Shown here: positions 1 through 8,173 of the stretch, in pieces
Numbering within the stretch: position 1 is the first letter of the stretch
Layout of the letters: every line of letters begins with the position of its first letter
Assembly (NCBI GenBank): GCA_963665815.1
Contig: OY762463.1
Coordinates: 3,520,001-3,584,000 of the forward strand
Reading direction: 5' to 3'
Length of the DNA stretch: 64,000 bases
Source: Candidatus Cloacimonadales bacterium
GTDB lineage: Bacteria; Cloacimonadota; Cloacimonadia; Cloacimonadales; JAIOQZ01
Position numbers and translations under genes: made by a program
Notes under the pieces: generated by a model
Database searches by the model: none
What the model was told of the DNA's origin: nothing
The model's input: only the letters and a program-made list of their open reading frames with translations

Positions 1-171
1 TTTAGTGTTGTGATCAATAAGATAATCTGATGTGACATAGATGTTGTCAATCTTGTATATCATATACGGATTAAGTTCTTCCTCTTGGATTATCTCAGAA
101 ATAGTCATTGGTCTTGGATAGACAACAGTTTTCTTTCTTACACTATCGATTTTTATTTTTATTGTAAACAC
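1..171 (-). CDS. 5' part of a gene running off the window edge (possibly a nucleoside kinase with a TGS-like N-terminus)
   Basis: GGAGGG SD, then GTG at 171; frame MFTIKIKIDSVRKKTVVYPRPMTISEII... stays open to position 1; product is a guess. Confidence 0.5.
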   Translation of the reverse strand, partial: MFTIKIKIDSVRKKTVVYPRPMTISEIIQEEELNPYMIYKIDNIYVTSDYLIDHNTK

Positions 172-182
172 ATTCCCTCCTG

Positions 183-779
183 TTATTTTCTGCAGATTAC
201 TGTGAAATCGTTTTCCAGGTAGTCATCAATTATTCTAATATCACTGAACTTTGATTTAATCAGATCTCTGATACTTTCAGGATCATTGTAGAAATATTTA
301 TCTTCTTTTGCCGTAGATCTTTCATGTAAAAGATTGAATACTACAATGTCATTTGATATTCTGATAAATTTTTCAATTGCCTGCATGAAAAAAATGTGGT
401 TGTTTTTAAGGTTAAGGTTAAAAATTCCTGATGTATATACGACATCAAATCCGGTATCCTCAAAGATGTTAGATTTGAAAATATCCGCTGTGACAAAAGT
501 TGTATCAGGATGCTTTGCTTTTGCAGATTCAGTCATTTCATCCAATATATCCACTCCTGTATATTCAATGGATATTTTCAGGTTTTCGCAGTGAGTAAGA
601 AAATCACCGAGACCTGAGCCTACATCAAGAAATCGTTTATTATCAAGACTCAAATTATCTGTTACAGCTTTAAATCTGAGAAACTGTGCGGATTTGTTTT
701 CCCAGTCAAGAATAGCTGCATTTTCATTTTTATCAAAGCGCGGTACATAATGCTGCTGAAGTTTTTTATAGTGACTCAT
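183..779 (-). CDS. Class I SAM-dependent methyltransferase
   Basis: Motif I FLDVGSGLG, TGVDI, FDVVYTSG; probable start at MSHY (779). Confidence 0.85.
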   Translation of the reverse strand: MSHYKKLQQHYVPRFDKNENAAILDWENKSAQFLRFKAVTDNLSLDNKRFLDVGSGLGDFLTHCENLKISIEYTGVDILDEMTESAKAKHPDTTFVTADIFKSNIFEDTGFDVVYTSGIFNLNLKNNHIFFMQAIEKFIRISNDIVVFNLLHERSTAKEDKYFYNDPESIRDLIKSKFSDIRIIDDYLENDFTVICRK

Positions 780-1680
780 TGTTTTCCTTTTCAATATTTC
801 TGGCTTTTGCAGCGCCTTTCCAGCGTTTATGCAGCCACAACCAGTATTGAGGATATTTTTTTATATATTCCTGAATTGTTTCTGATATCTCAGCAGAAAG
901 CTTATATACAGCTTCATCTGAGAACTCAATATTATCTGTGTAAACCGGTTCAAGGAATATGAGTTTCATATTCTGCTTTTCGTTTCTGACTGTAAAACCA
1001 AACACAATTGGCGTTCCTGTTTTCAAAGCAATTCTGGCAGGTCCTGTATGCACTGATGCCGGTTTGCCGAAAACATCCATCAGAACTCCATCTTTCCCGG
1101 CGTTCTGATCAGCAACAATTGTAACGATTTTTTTTCTTCTGATTGCTGAAAGAATATTTCTCATGGATAACTTGTTGAAAATAATTTCAACACCACTACC
1201 GATTCTTCTTTTATTCATAAATTCATCAAACAGCCTGTTACGTTGTCTCTTTGCGATCGCACAAACCGGTAGTCCTTTAAAGGCAAGGTATCTTCCGGCA
1301 AGTTCCCAGTTCCCGAGATGTGCAGAAATGAGTATGACACCTTTGTTTTTGCTGTAAGCTTCCAGCATATTTTCAAATCCCTCAAGTTCTGTATTTTGGT
1401 AAAATTCATAAGGATCTGAGAAATATGTCTCGGCAGCAGTTCTGCCTACATGCTTGTAAACTTTTACAATCAGTTTATTCATTTCTTTTCTGGAATATTC
1501 AGGAAAAGCATAAGAGATGTGCTTCTTTGTATCTTTAAGTCTTATACGCAGAACAGTTCCGGTAAAAACAAGAATATTTTCAATAAGTGTACAGACTTTT
1601 TTATATGGGACTAATGATAATATAGCGTATAGTATTCTGAATCCTGTATATTCAATAATGTTCTTTTGCTTCTTATTCAT
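766..1680 (-). CDS. Lipid A lauroyl/lysophospholipid acyltransferase (LpxL/HtrB family)
   Basis: SAHLGNWE acyltransferase motif, ADQN, C-terminal PQYWLWLHKRWK. Confidence 0.9.
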   Translation of the reverse strand: MNKKQKNIIEYTGFRILYAILSLVPYKKVCTLIENILVFTGTVLRIRLKDTKKHISYAFPEYSRKEMNKLIVKVYKHVGRTAAETYFSDPYEFYQNTELEGFENMLEAYSKNKGVILISAHLGNWELAGRYLAFKGLPVCAIAKRQRNRLFDEFMNKRRIGSGVEIIFNKLSMRNILSAIRRKKIVTIVADQNAGKDGVLMDVFGKPASVHTGPARIALKTGTPIVFGFTVRNEKQNMKLIFLEPVYTDNIEFSDEAVYKLSAEISETIQEYIKKYPQYWLWLHKRWKGAAKARNIEKENNESL

Positions 1681-2381
1681 GGGTTAATCAGCTTTTTCAT
1701 TGTTGCCACTGCTTCATGCAAACCATAAAATACAGCTCTGCTGATAATACTGTGACCTATGTTGAATTCTTCTATTATACCCAGATCTTTAAGAGGAGTG
1801 ATATTTTTATAGTTAATTCCATGACCTGCAACAACACGCATTCTTGCTGATCTGATCATTTTACATGCTTTTTGAATTCTTTTAAGCTCGTCTTCAATTT
1901 CTTCCTGTTTCTTCAGGTTTGCATATTTACCAGTATGGATTTCTACAGCGTCACACTGATACTTGTCCGCCAGTTTTATCATGTCAGGATCAGCTTCGAT
2001 AAACACACTTACTTCTATTCCGGCAGATTTCAGTTCTTCTATTCTTGTCTGAAGATTAGAAATATTCAGTCCACCTTCGGTAGTGAGTTCCTGTCTTCTT
2101 TCCGGAACGAGAGTCACGATGTCCGGTTTTAAAACTTTTGCAATTGTAATCATTTCAGGAGATGCAGCCATTTCAAGATTGAGCTTTGTTTGAACTACGT
2201 GTCTTAGAAGCTCGACGTCTCTCTGCTGTATATGTCTTCTGTCTTCACGCAGATGAACGGTTATCTGGTCTGCTCCGGCCTGCTCTGCAATCAGTGCTGC
2301 CTGTACAGGTTCGGGTTCAATTCCCATTCGAGCTTGTCTCAGTGTTGCAACATGATCTATATTTACTCCCAGAGTTATCAT
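1677..2381 (-). CDS. pdxJ: Pyridoxine 5'-phosphate synthase
   Basis: LGVNIDHVATLRQAR, HLREDRRHI, LTTEGG, NIGHSII. Confidence 0.98.
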   Translation of the reverse strand: MITLGVNIDHVATLRQARMGIEPEPVQAALIAEQAGADQITVHLREDRRHIQQRDVELLRHVVQTKLNLEMAASPEMITIAKVLKPDIVTLVPERRQELTTEGGLNISNLQTRIEELKSAGIEVSVFIEADPDMIKLADKYQCDAVEIHTGKYANLKKQEEIEDELKRIQKACKMIRSARMRVVAGHGINYKNITPLKDLGIIEEFNIGHSIISRAVFYGLHEAVATMKKLINP

Positions 2382-2399
2382 AATTTCTCCTTTTATCTG

Positions 2400-3260
2400 C
2401 TAATTGAAAATAGCTTCCGATTCTATTTCTATATTTGCATCAACTCTGAGTTGTTTCAAGTGATTTAACAGATTTAGTTCTGAATCAATCTGGTGAAGTC
2501 TTTTTCTGAGAGCATCTTTAATATTTTCGAATTCAGCAATTCTGCTCTGCTTTTTATCTGTTACCATTATAATGTGATATCCAAAAGATGTTTTAATAGG
2601 TTCACTTATTTCATTAATATTCATGCTGAATGCAGCATCTTCAATTTCTTTTACCATTTTGCCTCTGGCAAAATAACCCAGATCCCCCGCCTGATCGCAG
2701 GAAGGACAGTCAGAGATTGATATGGCATAGTTATTGAAATCTTCCTTATCATGGAGTTGATTTCTGATTTTGTTTGCTTTTTCTTCTGCATCATCAGATT
2801 CATTTCTTACCAGAATATGAGAAGCTTTGACCATTTCTTTAGTAGTGAATTTCTCTTTGTTTTTTTCGTAGAAGTCTTTCAGTATTTCATCAGTATATGA
2901 TTCATTACTTTCTTTAAATTTTTCATAAATATATTTTTCGATGATTATATTGTCTCTTATTCTCTTGCGGAGAGTAACTTCATTAAGCTGTTGTTGTTCC
3001 AGGATATAATGAAACTCATCTTCAGAATCAAATGTCATCATTAAATCGAGAAGTTCGTTATCTATTTCATCCTGAGATACTGATATATCTGCTTTTCTGG
3101 CTTCAGAAAGAAGAAGCACGCCGTCAATCAGGCATTCAAGGGCTCTTTTCCTGCACTCTTGACTGGGCTGCTCAAGCTGCATATTTTTCATCATTCGTAT
3201 CAATTCTACTTTGTATTCCTTATCAGTAATCTCATAGCTGTTCACACTTGCAATTATCAT
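2400..3260 (-). CDS. Parvulin-type peptidyl-prolyl isomerase with SurA-like N-domain
   Basis: VKASHILV, SDCPS..GDLGYF.RGKMV, PIKTSFGYHII. Confidence 0.9.
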   Translation of the reverse strand: MIIASVNSYEITDKEYKVELIRMMKNMQLEQPSQECRKRALECLIDGVLLLSEARKADISVSQDEIDNELLDLMMTFDSEDEFHYILEQQQLNEVTLRKRIRDNIIIEKYIYEKFKESNESYTDEILKDFYEKNKEKFTTKEMVKASHILVRNESDDAEEKANKIRNQLHDKEDFNNYAISISDCPSCDQAGDLGYFARGKMVKEIEDAAFSMNINEISEPIKTSFGYHIIMVTDKKQSRIAEFENIKDALRKRLHQIDSELNLLNHLKQLRVDANIEIESEAIFN

Positions 3261-3269
3261 TGAGTACTC

Positions 3270-4208
3270 CTAAATGTTCTGTTTTGTAACGAACGATTTT
3301 ACTTGTTCCAATATAGAATAAAAATTATAATCTTCAGATAAAATTGTCAAATCAAAATCCAGTTTTCTAAACCATGTTAACTGTCTTTTTGCATAGTTTC
3401 TTGTGTGCTGACATGCCAGTTCAACACAATCATTCAGTTCAGCTTCGCCTTTTAAGTAAGGAATAAACTCTTTATATCCAATTGAGGAAAATCCCGGGCA
3501 GTTATAGCTGAACCCCATATTTAGTATTTTTTTGATTTCTTTTATCAATCCATCATTAAGCATCTGAGTGATTCGAGTATTGATCCTTGAGTATAATTTT
3601 TCACGGTCAATATTAATGAAAATATCAAAAGAATCCGATTTAGATTGGGATTTCTGATTTTCCCAGTGTTCAGTCTGAGTTACTCCTGTTGATTTCCATA
3701 TATACAGGGAACGTAAAACTCTGTATGTGTCATTCGGGTGGATTCTTCCTGCTGCATCCGGATCAGCCTGTTCTAAAAGCTTGTAGATGAAATCGGATCC
3801 CTTGTCATTCAAAATCTCATCGTAATAAGAAACTACATCCGGAGGTATTTCAGGTGAATCGAACAAGCCTTCCTTAAGTGACTTGATATAAAAACCGGTA
3901 CCTCCAACAATAATAGGTATGACTCCTTCTGCATTCAGGGAAGAAATAATTTTCTCAGCGTCCTGATAATATCTACCTGCATTATAAACCTCATCAGGAT
4001 TGACAATATCAATCATGTGATGTTGTACTGCTTTCATTTCTTCTGTTGATGGTTTGGCTGTTCCAATATTCATATACCTGTATATCTGTCTTGAATCTGC
4101 AGATATAATATCTGTTGATAGTGTTTGAGCCAGCTCCATCGCTAATGATGATTTACCGGAGGCAGTAGGTCCCTGAATCGTAATGAATTTTAATTTGTTC
4201 ATCTTCAC
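3270..4208 (-). CDS. miaA: tRNA dimethylallyltransferase
   Basis: GPTASGKS, ISADSRQIY, IGTAKP, YAKRQLTWFR. Confidence 0.98.
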   Translation of the reverse strand: MKMNKLKFITIQGPTASGKSSLAMELAQTLSTDIISADSRQIYRYMNIGTAKPSTEEMKAVQHHMIDIVNPDEVYNAGRYYQDAEKIISSLNAEGVIPIIVGGTGFYIKSLKEGLFDSPEIPPDVVSYYDEILNDKGSDFIYKLLEQADPDAAGRIHPNDTYRVLRSLYIWKSTGVTQTEHWENQKSQSKSDSFDIFINIDREKLYSRINTRITQMLNDGLIKEIKKILNMGFSYNCPGFSSIGYKEFIPYLKGEAELNDCVELACQHTRNYAKRQLTWFRKLDFDLTILSEDYNFYSILEQVKSFVTKQNI

Positions 4209-4325
4209 CTTTCATTTTCATTCTTGAACTCCATTTATAACATTAATACAGACAAGTCCACTTTTTTTTAAAAAAGCGTTGCTAAATTAACACTATATAG
4301 ATGATCAATATAGGAGAGATCGAAT

Positions 4326-4588
4326 TTGAATGAATTAACTGTTCAAAACCTAAGTAAAATTTGTAACGAAACTCTTATCCTCGGGATTTTTTTAATCTTA
4401 AACATGGAACGCTTTACCCTATTCTGCACAGACTTGAAAAAGAAAGTGCAATAAAAGGTGTATGGAACAGGATCGGACAGGTTAAGAAGAAAATTTATAA
4501 GATTACCGAGAAGGGAGTTAAACTGTTTGACTCCTATAAACAACAATGGGAAACCTTCATGAAAATTATGAAATTATTCTGGAGTTAA
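4326..4588 (+). pseudogene. Frameshifted, internally deleted PadR-family regulator
   Basis: AGGAG SD + TTG gives LNELTVQNLSKICNETLILGIF; another frame gives FNLKHGTLYPILHRLEKES...KKKIYKITEKG...QWETF*; the HGYEI helix is absent. Confidence 0.8.
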
Positions 4589-4589
4589 A

Positions 4590-4900
4590 ATGAAAACACA
4601 ACTTCTTAACAGACTTAGGGAAATAGATGAAGCAATAAATTTAAAGCAGTCTGTGAAAGCAAGAATTCTGATGGAGATTTACTATGATATGGAGAACTTA
4701 TACGAAGTGTACAGAAATAATCCGTATTATGAAGATCCCGTGGAGAGGGTGCTGGATTAGTTTTCCATAGATTCTATTGATATTGAAAGTTTACAGAGGT
4801 TATATTTATCTCCAGTAGACAGGCTTTTTTAATTGATTTCTCCGAATGATCTAAATAAATGGTAGAAATTTCTGGTTCTGGTTTTCCTGATGATACTGTC
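4590..4900 (+). pseudogene. Truncated PadR-partner (HAAS/permease-prefix-like) gene
   Basis: ATG two bases after the PadR stop; MKTQLLNRLREIDEAINLKQSVKARILMEIYYDME...VERVLD then TAG at 4758-4760; plausible coding sequence continues; end approximate. Confidence 0.55.
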
Positions 4901-5004
4901 AGGTGGATCAATGCAATTGTCTGGTTAGTTCTCAGGCATGGATGTAACAATATTATTGCTCGGAAATAAAGTTTACAATTTTTGTTAAGTAATGTAAACA
5001 TATG

Positions 5005-5032
5005 ATGCTGCTGATCATTTCAGCAGCATTTT
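5005..5032 (+). terminator. Hairpin terminator
   Basis: ATGCTGCTGA / TCAGCAGCAT stem plus short T run. Confidence 0.5.
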
Positions 5033-5135
5033 CTGCTTGGCTCAGAAAACGATCAGGAAGTAAAAAAAGTTTTCAGCTTGACGGAATATCATTAAAAACT
5101 ATTGTTATGGTAAAATAAACAGAACTGGAGAGATT

Positions 5136-5561
5136 ATGAGAATAACAAGTATTATTGTTCTTTTGCTGGCAGCAATTATGATAACATCCTGTATGGGAAG
5201 TCTAAGAGGGAACCTGAAAGGAATATGGTATATCGAAGAAGATGTATCCGGAATTCTTGCAGGTGTAGACTCTGAGAATGCGGAAATTGAGTTTATTACA
5301 GGTGGTGGTTTGTCACTTTCAACACAAATTCGAGAAAACGTATCAAATGGTTATGGTATGGTTCTGGCGAGAGCGCACTGGAAAATTGAAAAAGGAATTT
5401 TGATTATTAACGTCAAAGGCGATGGTGAATTCATGGAGTCAGGAACTCCTACAGAATTAAGATTCAGAGCTTCTTCTGTATCTGCAACTAGAATTGAATT
5501 AGAAGCTGAAGTTAAAGGTGAATTTAACGGAGATTATATTACTTTAAGAAAAAATAAATAG
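5136..5561 (+). CDS. Hypothetical lipoprotein
   Basis: GGAG SD; hydrophobic signal peptide ending ITSC (lipobox). Confidence 0.75.
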   Translation: MRITSIIVLLLAAIMITSCMGSLRGNLKGIWYIEEDVSGILAGVDSENAEIEFITGGGLSLSTQIRENVSNGYGMVLARAHWKIEKGILIINVKGDGEFMESGTPTELRFRASSVSATRIELEAEVKGEFNGDYITLRKNK

Positions 5562-5564
5562 TTT

Positions 5565-5580
5565 TGGCACGCTATTTGCA
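5565..5580 (+). promoter_or_regulatory. Sigma-54 (-24/-12) promoter
   Basis: TGGCAC-GCTAT-TTGCA, exact GG-N10-GC consensus. Confidence 0.8.
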
Positions 5581-5590
5581 TATTATATTG

Positions 5591-5656
5591 CTGAAACTAG
5601 TTATTTACATACTTTCCTTGCTTCTTGGGACGCCGCCCGGTGTCCCATTTTTTTTT
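5591..5656 (+). ncRNA. Candidate sigma-54-dependent small RNA (~65 nt)
   Basis: Lies between the sigma-54 promoter and an intrinsic terminator; no ORF; contains anti-SD/anti-AUG segment ACATACTTTCCTT. Confidence 0.6.
5626..5656 (+). terminator. Intrinsic terminator
   Basis: TGGGACGCC-GCCC-GGTGTCCCA stem-loop followed by T9. Confidence 0.9.
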
Positions 5657-5991
5657 ACCCATTAATAATAGTAATTTTTCCATTAACATAATATGCTGTT
5701 CAGTATCTTAAATCCTTATTTGATAGCTAAAATTAGTCAGGAATGCGGGATATGCTGTTAATGGGGGATTGAACTGAACAGTAATACTGTGAAAACTTAT
5801 CCCTTACTTGAGATGTAGTGGTTGAACCACATATGTAATGTGTAGAATATCACTGAAAATGATTTGTGTGAAACAAGTGTAAACAAGGTATCCTTTTTTG
5901 AAGAGGTGTATACAATGTTAACATTGTAGTCTGTGTGTATACGAAGGTGACAGTGTTTCGGCTGTTTACATGGGTTAAATCACGTTTTATA

Positions 5992-6681
5992 CTATATTAA
6001 TCCGGCACCGACAAAAGAATAGTATTCATTGTTACTTATAATGAGATGATCAAGTAGGTGTACATTAATCATATTTATTGCCATTTTAATCTTTTCGGTG
6101 ATTAGAATGTCTTCTTTTGACGGTTGAGTAGTACCACCCGGATGATTATGTACAATAACTATTGATGCTGCATTACATAGAATGATATGTTCAATAATTA
6201 CTCTCAAGTAAATCTTTGCTTCGTTTACAGTACCTTTAAACAGGGTTTCCTCGAACAGGATAGTGTTTTTAACACTGAGGTATATGATCTTGAATTCCTC
6301 ATTCTTGAGCCCCTTGTAATATGAGTGTACATAATTGAAAATATCATCTGAAGACTTGAAGAAATCTTTACCAATAATATGTTCCTGCAAACGGAATACA
6401 TTTACATCTCTGAATAATTTGATAAGAGAAGCTGTTCTCTCACCAACTCCTTCAATTTCAGTCAGTAATTGAGGAGGAGCCTGAAAAACATTATTAAGTG
6501 TATGAAACTTACTTAAAAGTCTTTTAGCTATTGGTTTTGTATCTTTACGTATAATTGAATAGGAGAGAATAATCTCCAGTACTTCATAATCATGAAATCC
6601 TGCCAACCCGTCTTTAAGATATCTTTCTCTCAACCTTACTTTATGCTTTGAGTTCTCATTCCCGTTTATTTCAGAAGCCAT
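5992..6681 (-). CDS. radC: RadC/JAB-domain protein
   Basis: H..RLRERY, HhH IEGVGE, JAMM motif HNHPGG..PSKED, LLDHLII. Confidence 0.95.
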   Translation of the reverse strand: MASEINGNENSKHKVRLRERYLKDGLAGFHDYEVLEIILSYSIIRKDTKPIAKRLLSKFHTLNNVFQAPPQLLTEIEGVGERTASLIKLFRDVNVFRLQEHIIGKDFFKSSDDIFNYVHSYYKGLKNEEFKIIYLSVKNTILFEETLFKGTVNEAKIYLRVIIEHIILCNAASIVIVHNHPGGTTQPSKEDILITEKIKMAINMINVHLLDHLIISNNEYYSFVGAGLI

Positions 6682-7097
6682 TCCAGGTAGTTATCCTTTT
6701 TCACCAGTGAAAAGTAGTTGTACTTTTTCCTGCTTATTTTGTTTTCATCAAATATATCATCAAAGAGAGTAATCACTCTCCTGTGAGACGTAAAGCTTTT
6801 TATAATCAATGCGAATTTTTCCAGCCTAGAACTGAATAACATTTTTTTGTATTCATTTATTACGTTATGCAGTTCCATTAAATTCGAGGTATCTGTTTTA
6901 AGGAATTTAGCATTAAAAACAATGAAGTATCTTGCACTTCGTTTCGCATCATTTTGTACGAACTCAAGACATTGCTTCAATACTTTAGATTCATTACTGA
7001 TTCTTACATTATATAGAAATACTTTCTTTTTTTTATATATTACAATTTCTCTGGATACGGATTCTTCTGCTTGTTCAAACTTATCCCAGATAGGCAT
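6666..7097 (-). CDS. Hypothetical protein (weakly SpoIIAA/STAS-like)
   Basis: Fills the gap between asd and radC on the same strand; C-terminal YF...YLEWL pattern; fold is a guess. Confidence 0.6.
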   Translation of the reverse strand: MPIWDKFEQAEESVSREIVIYKKKKVFLYNVRISNESKVLKQCLEFVQNDAKRSARYFIVFNAKFLKTDTSNLMELHNVINEYKKMLFSSRLEKFALIIKSFTSHRRVITLFDDIFDENKISRKKYNYFSLVKKDNYLEWLLK

Positions 7098-7100
7098 AAT

Positions 7101-8093
7101 TTATCCTTTATTTATTTTATTATGTTTGATCATTATTCGTACGGCATTGGTCGCAGCTCCTACGAATACATTATGTGCAATGTTTACAAAACTTAATGAA
7201 TAATCATCAAGCCCTTTCCTCAGTCTGCATACATGAGAATACTCTCGTTCAGTGCTACTCTCAATAGATTTCGGAGTAATGGTATTCTTGTGAAGTTTAA
7301 CATGCTCTGTCATAGATAGAATATATTCTGCTTTGGAAATATCAACTTTTTTCTTGAATTTTGTGTGTATTGCTATAGTGTGTCCATATATAACAGGAAC
7401 TCTGATTGTTGTAGCGGATACATTTATCTCCTGACAATCAAATATCTTTTGAGTCTCTGTTAACATTTTCAATTCTTCACTGCAATATCCGTTATCTGTA
7501 ATATCACCGATTTGAGGGATTACATTATTACGTATTGGGGCACTGAAGCATGATTCCGTATTGATATTCTTTTCTTCATTTATCAAACTCATTATCCCAT
7601 TATTACCTGCACCTGATACAGACTGATAAGTACTTGTAACAATCTCATCAATGGAGTATTCGTTATGCAGATCTGCCAATGCAATAACCATTTGGATTGT
7701 AGAACAATTCGGATTGGCAATAATACCTTGATAGTCCTTTAAAGTATGGCTGTTTAATTCCGGTACGACAAGAGGGATGTTCTTATCGGATCTGAAAGCT
7801 GATGAGTTATCAATAATAATGCTGCCTGCCTGTGCTGCTATTGGAGAGAAATGTTTTGAGATTGATCCACCGGATGAAAAAAGCAGATAGTCAAATTTCT
7901 CTTTCATGGATTCTTCTGTGAGAGTCTCAACAGAGATTTCTTTATCCCTGAATTTCAATATCTGTCCGGCAGATTTTCGGGAGGCGAAAAGATGCAGATC
8001 AATTTCACTAAAACTGCTGTCTTTGATTGAACTAACCTGTTCAATCATAGCTCTACCTACTGCCCCTGTTGCTCCGACAATACCTATTTTCAT
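7101..8093 (-). CDS. asd: Aspartate-semialdehyde dehydrogenase
   Basis: IVGATGAVG, IDNSSAFR, ANPNCSTIQ, YQSVSGAG; start at MKIGIV. Confidence 0.97.
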   Translation of the reverse strand: MKIGIVGATGAVGRAMIEQVSSIKDSSFSEIDLHLFASRKSAGQILKFRDKEISVETLTEESMKEKFDYLLFSSGGSISKHFSPIAAQAGSIIIDNSSAFRSDKNIPLVVPELNSHTLKDYQGIIANPNCSTIQMVIALADLHNEYSIDEIVTSTYQSVSGAGNNGIMSLINEEKNINTESCFSAPIRNNVIPQIGDITDNGYCSEELKMLTETQKIFDCQEINVSATTIRVPVIYGHTIAIHTKFKKKVDISKAEYILSMTEHVKLHKNTITPKSIESSTEREYSHVCRLRKGLDDYSLSFVNIAHNVFVGAATNAVRIMIKHNKINKG

Positions 8094-8173
8094 ATTTTTT
8101 CTCCGATATTCTGGAAAATGAGATTGGGACACTTTTTGTCAAATTATTATGCGAAACAATATAATCTTGCAGG

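Noticed and set aside
5866..5970. CRISPR array
   Set aside because: Repeated unit is only 8 bp with no repeat-spacer structure and no cas genes
5992..6681. radC as a marker of a mobile element
   Set aside because: Full-length HhH+JAB form in an operon with asd; no integrase, transposase or att sites seen
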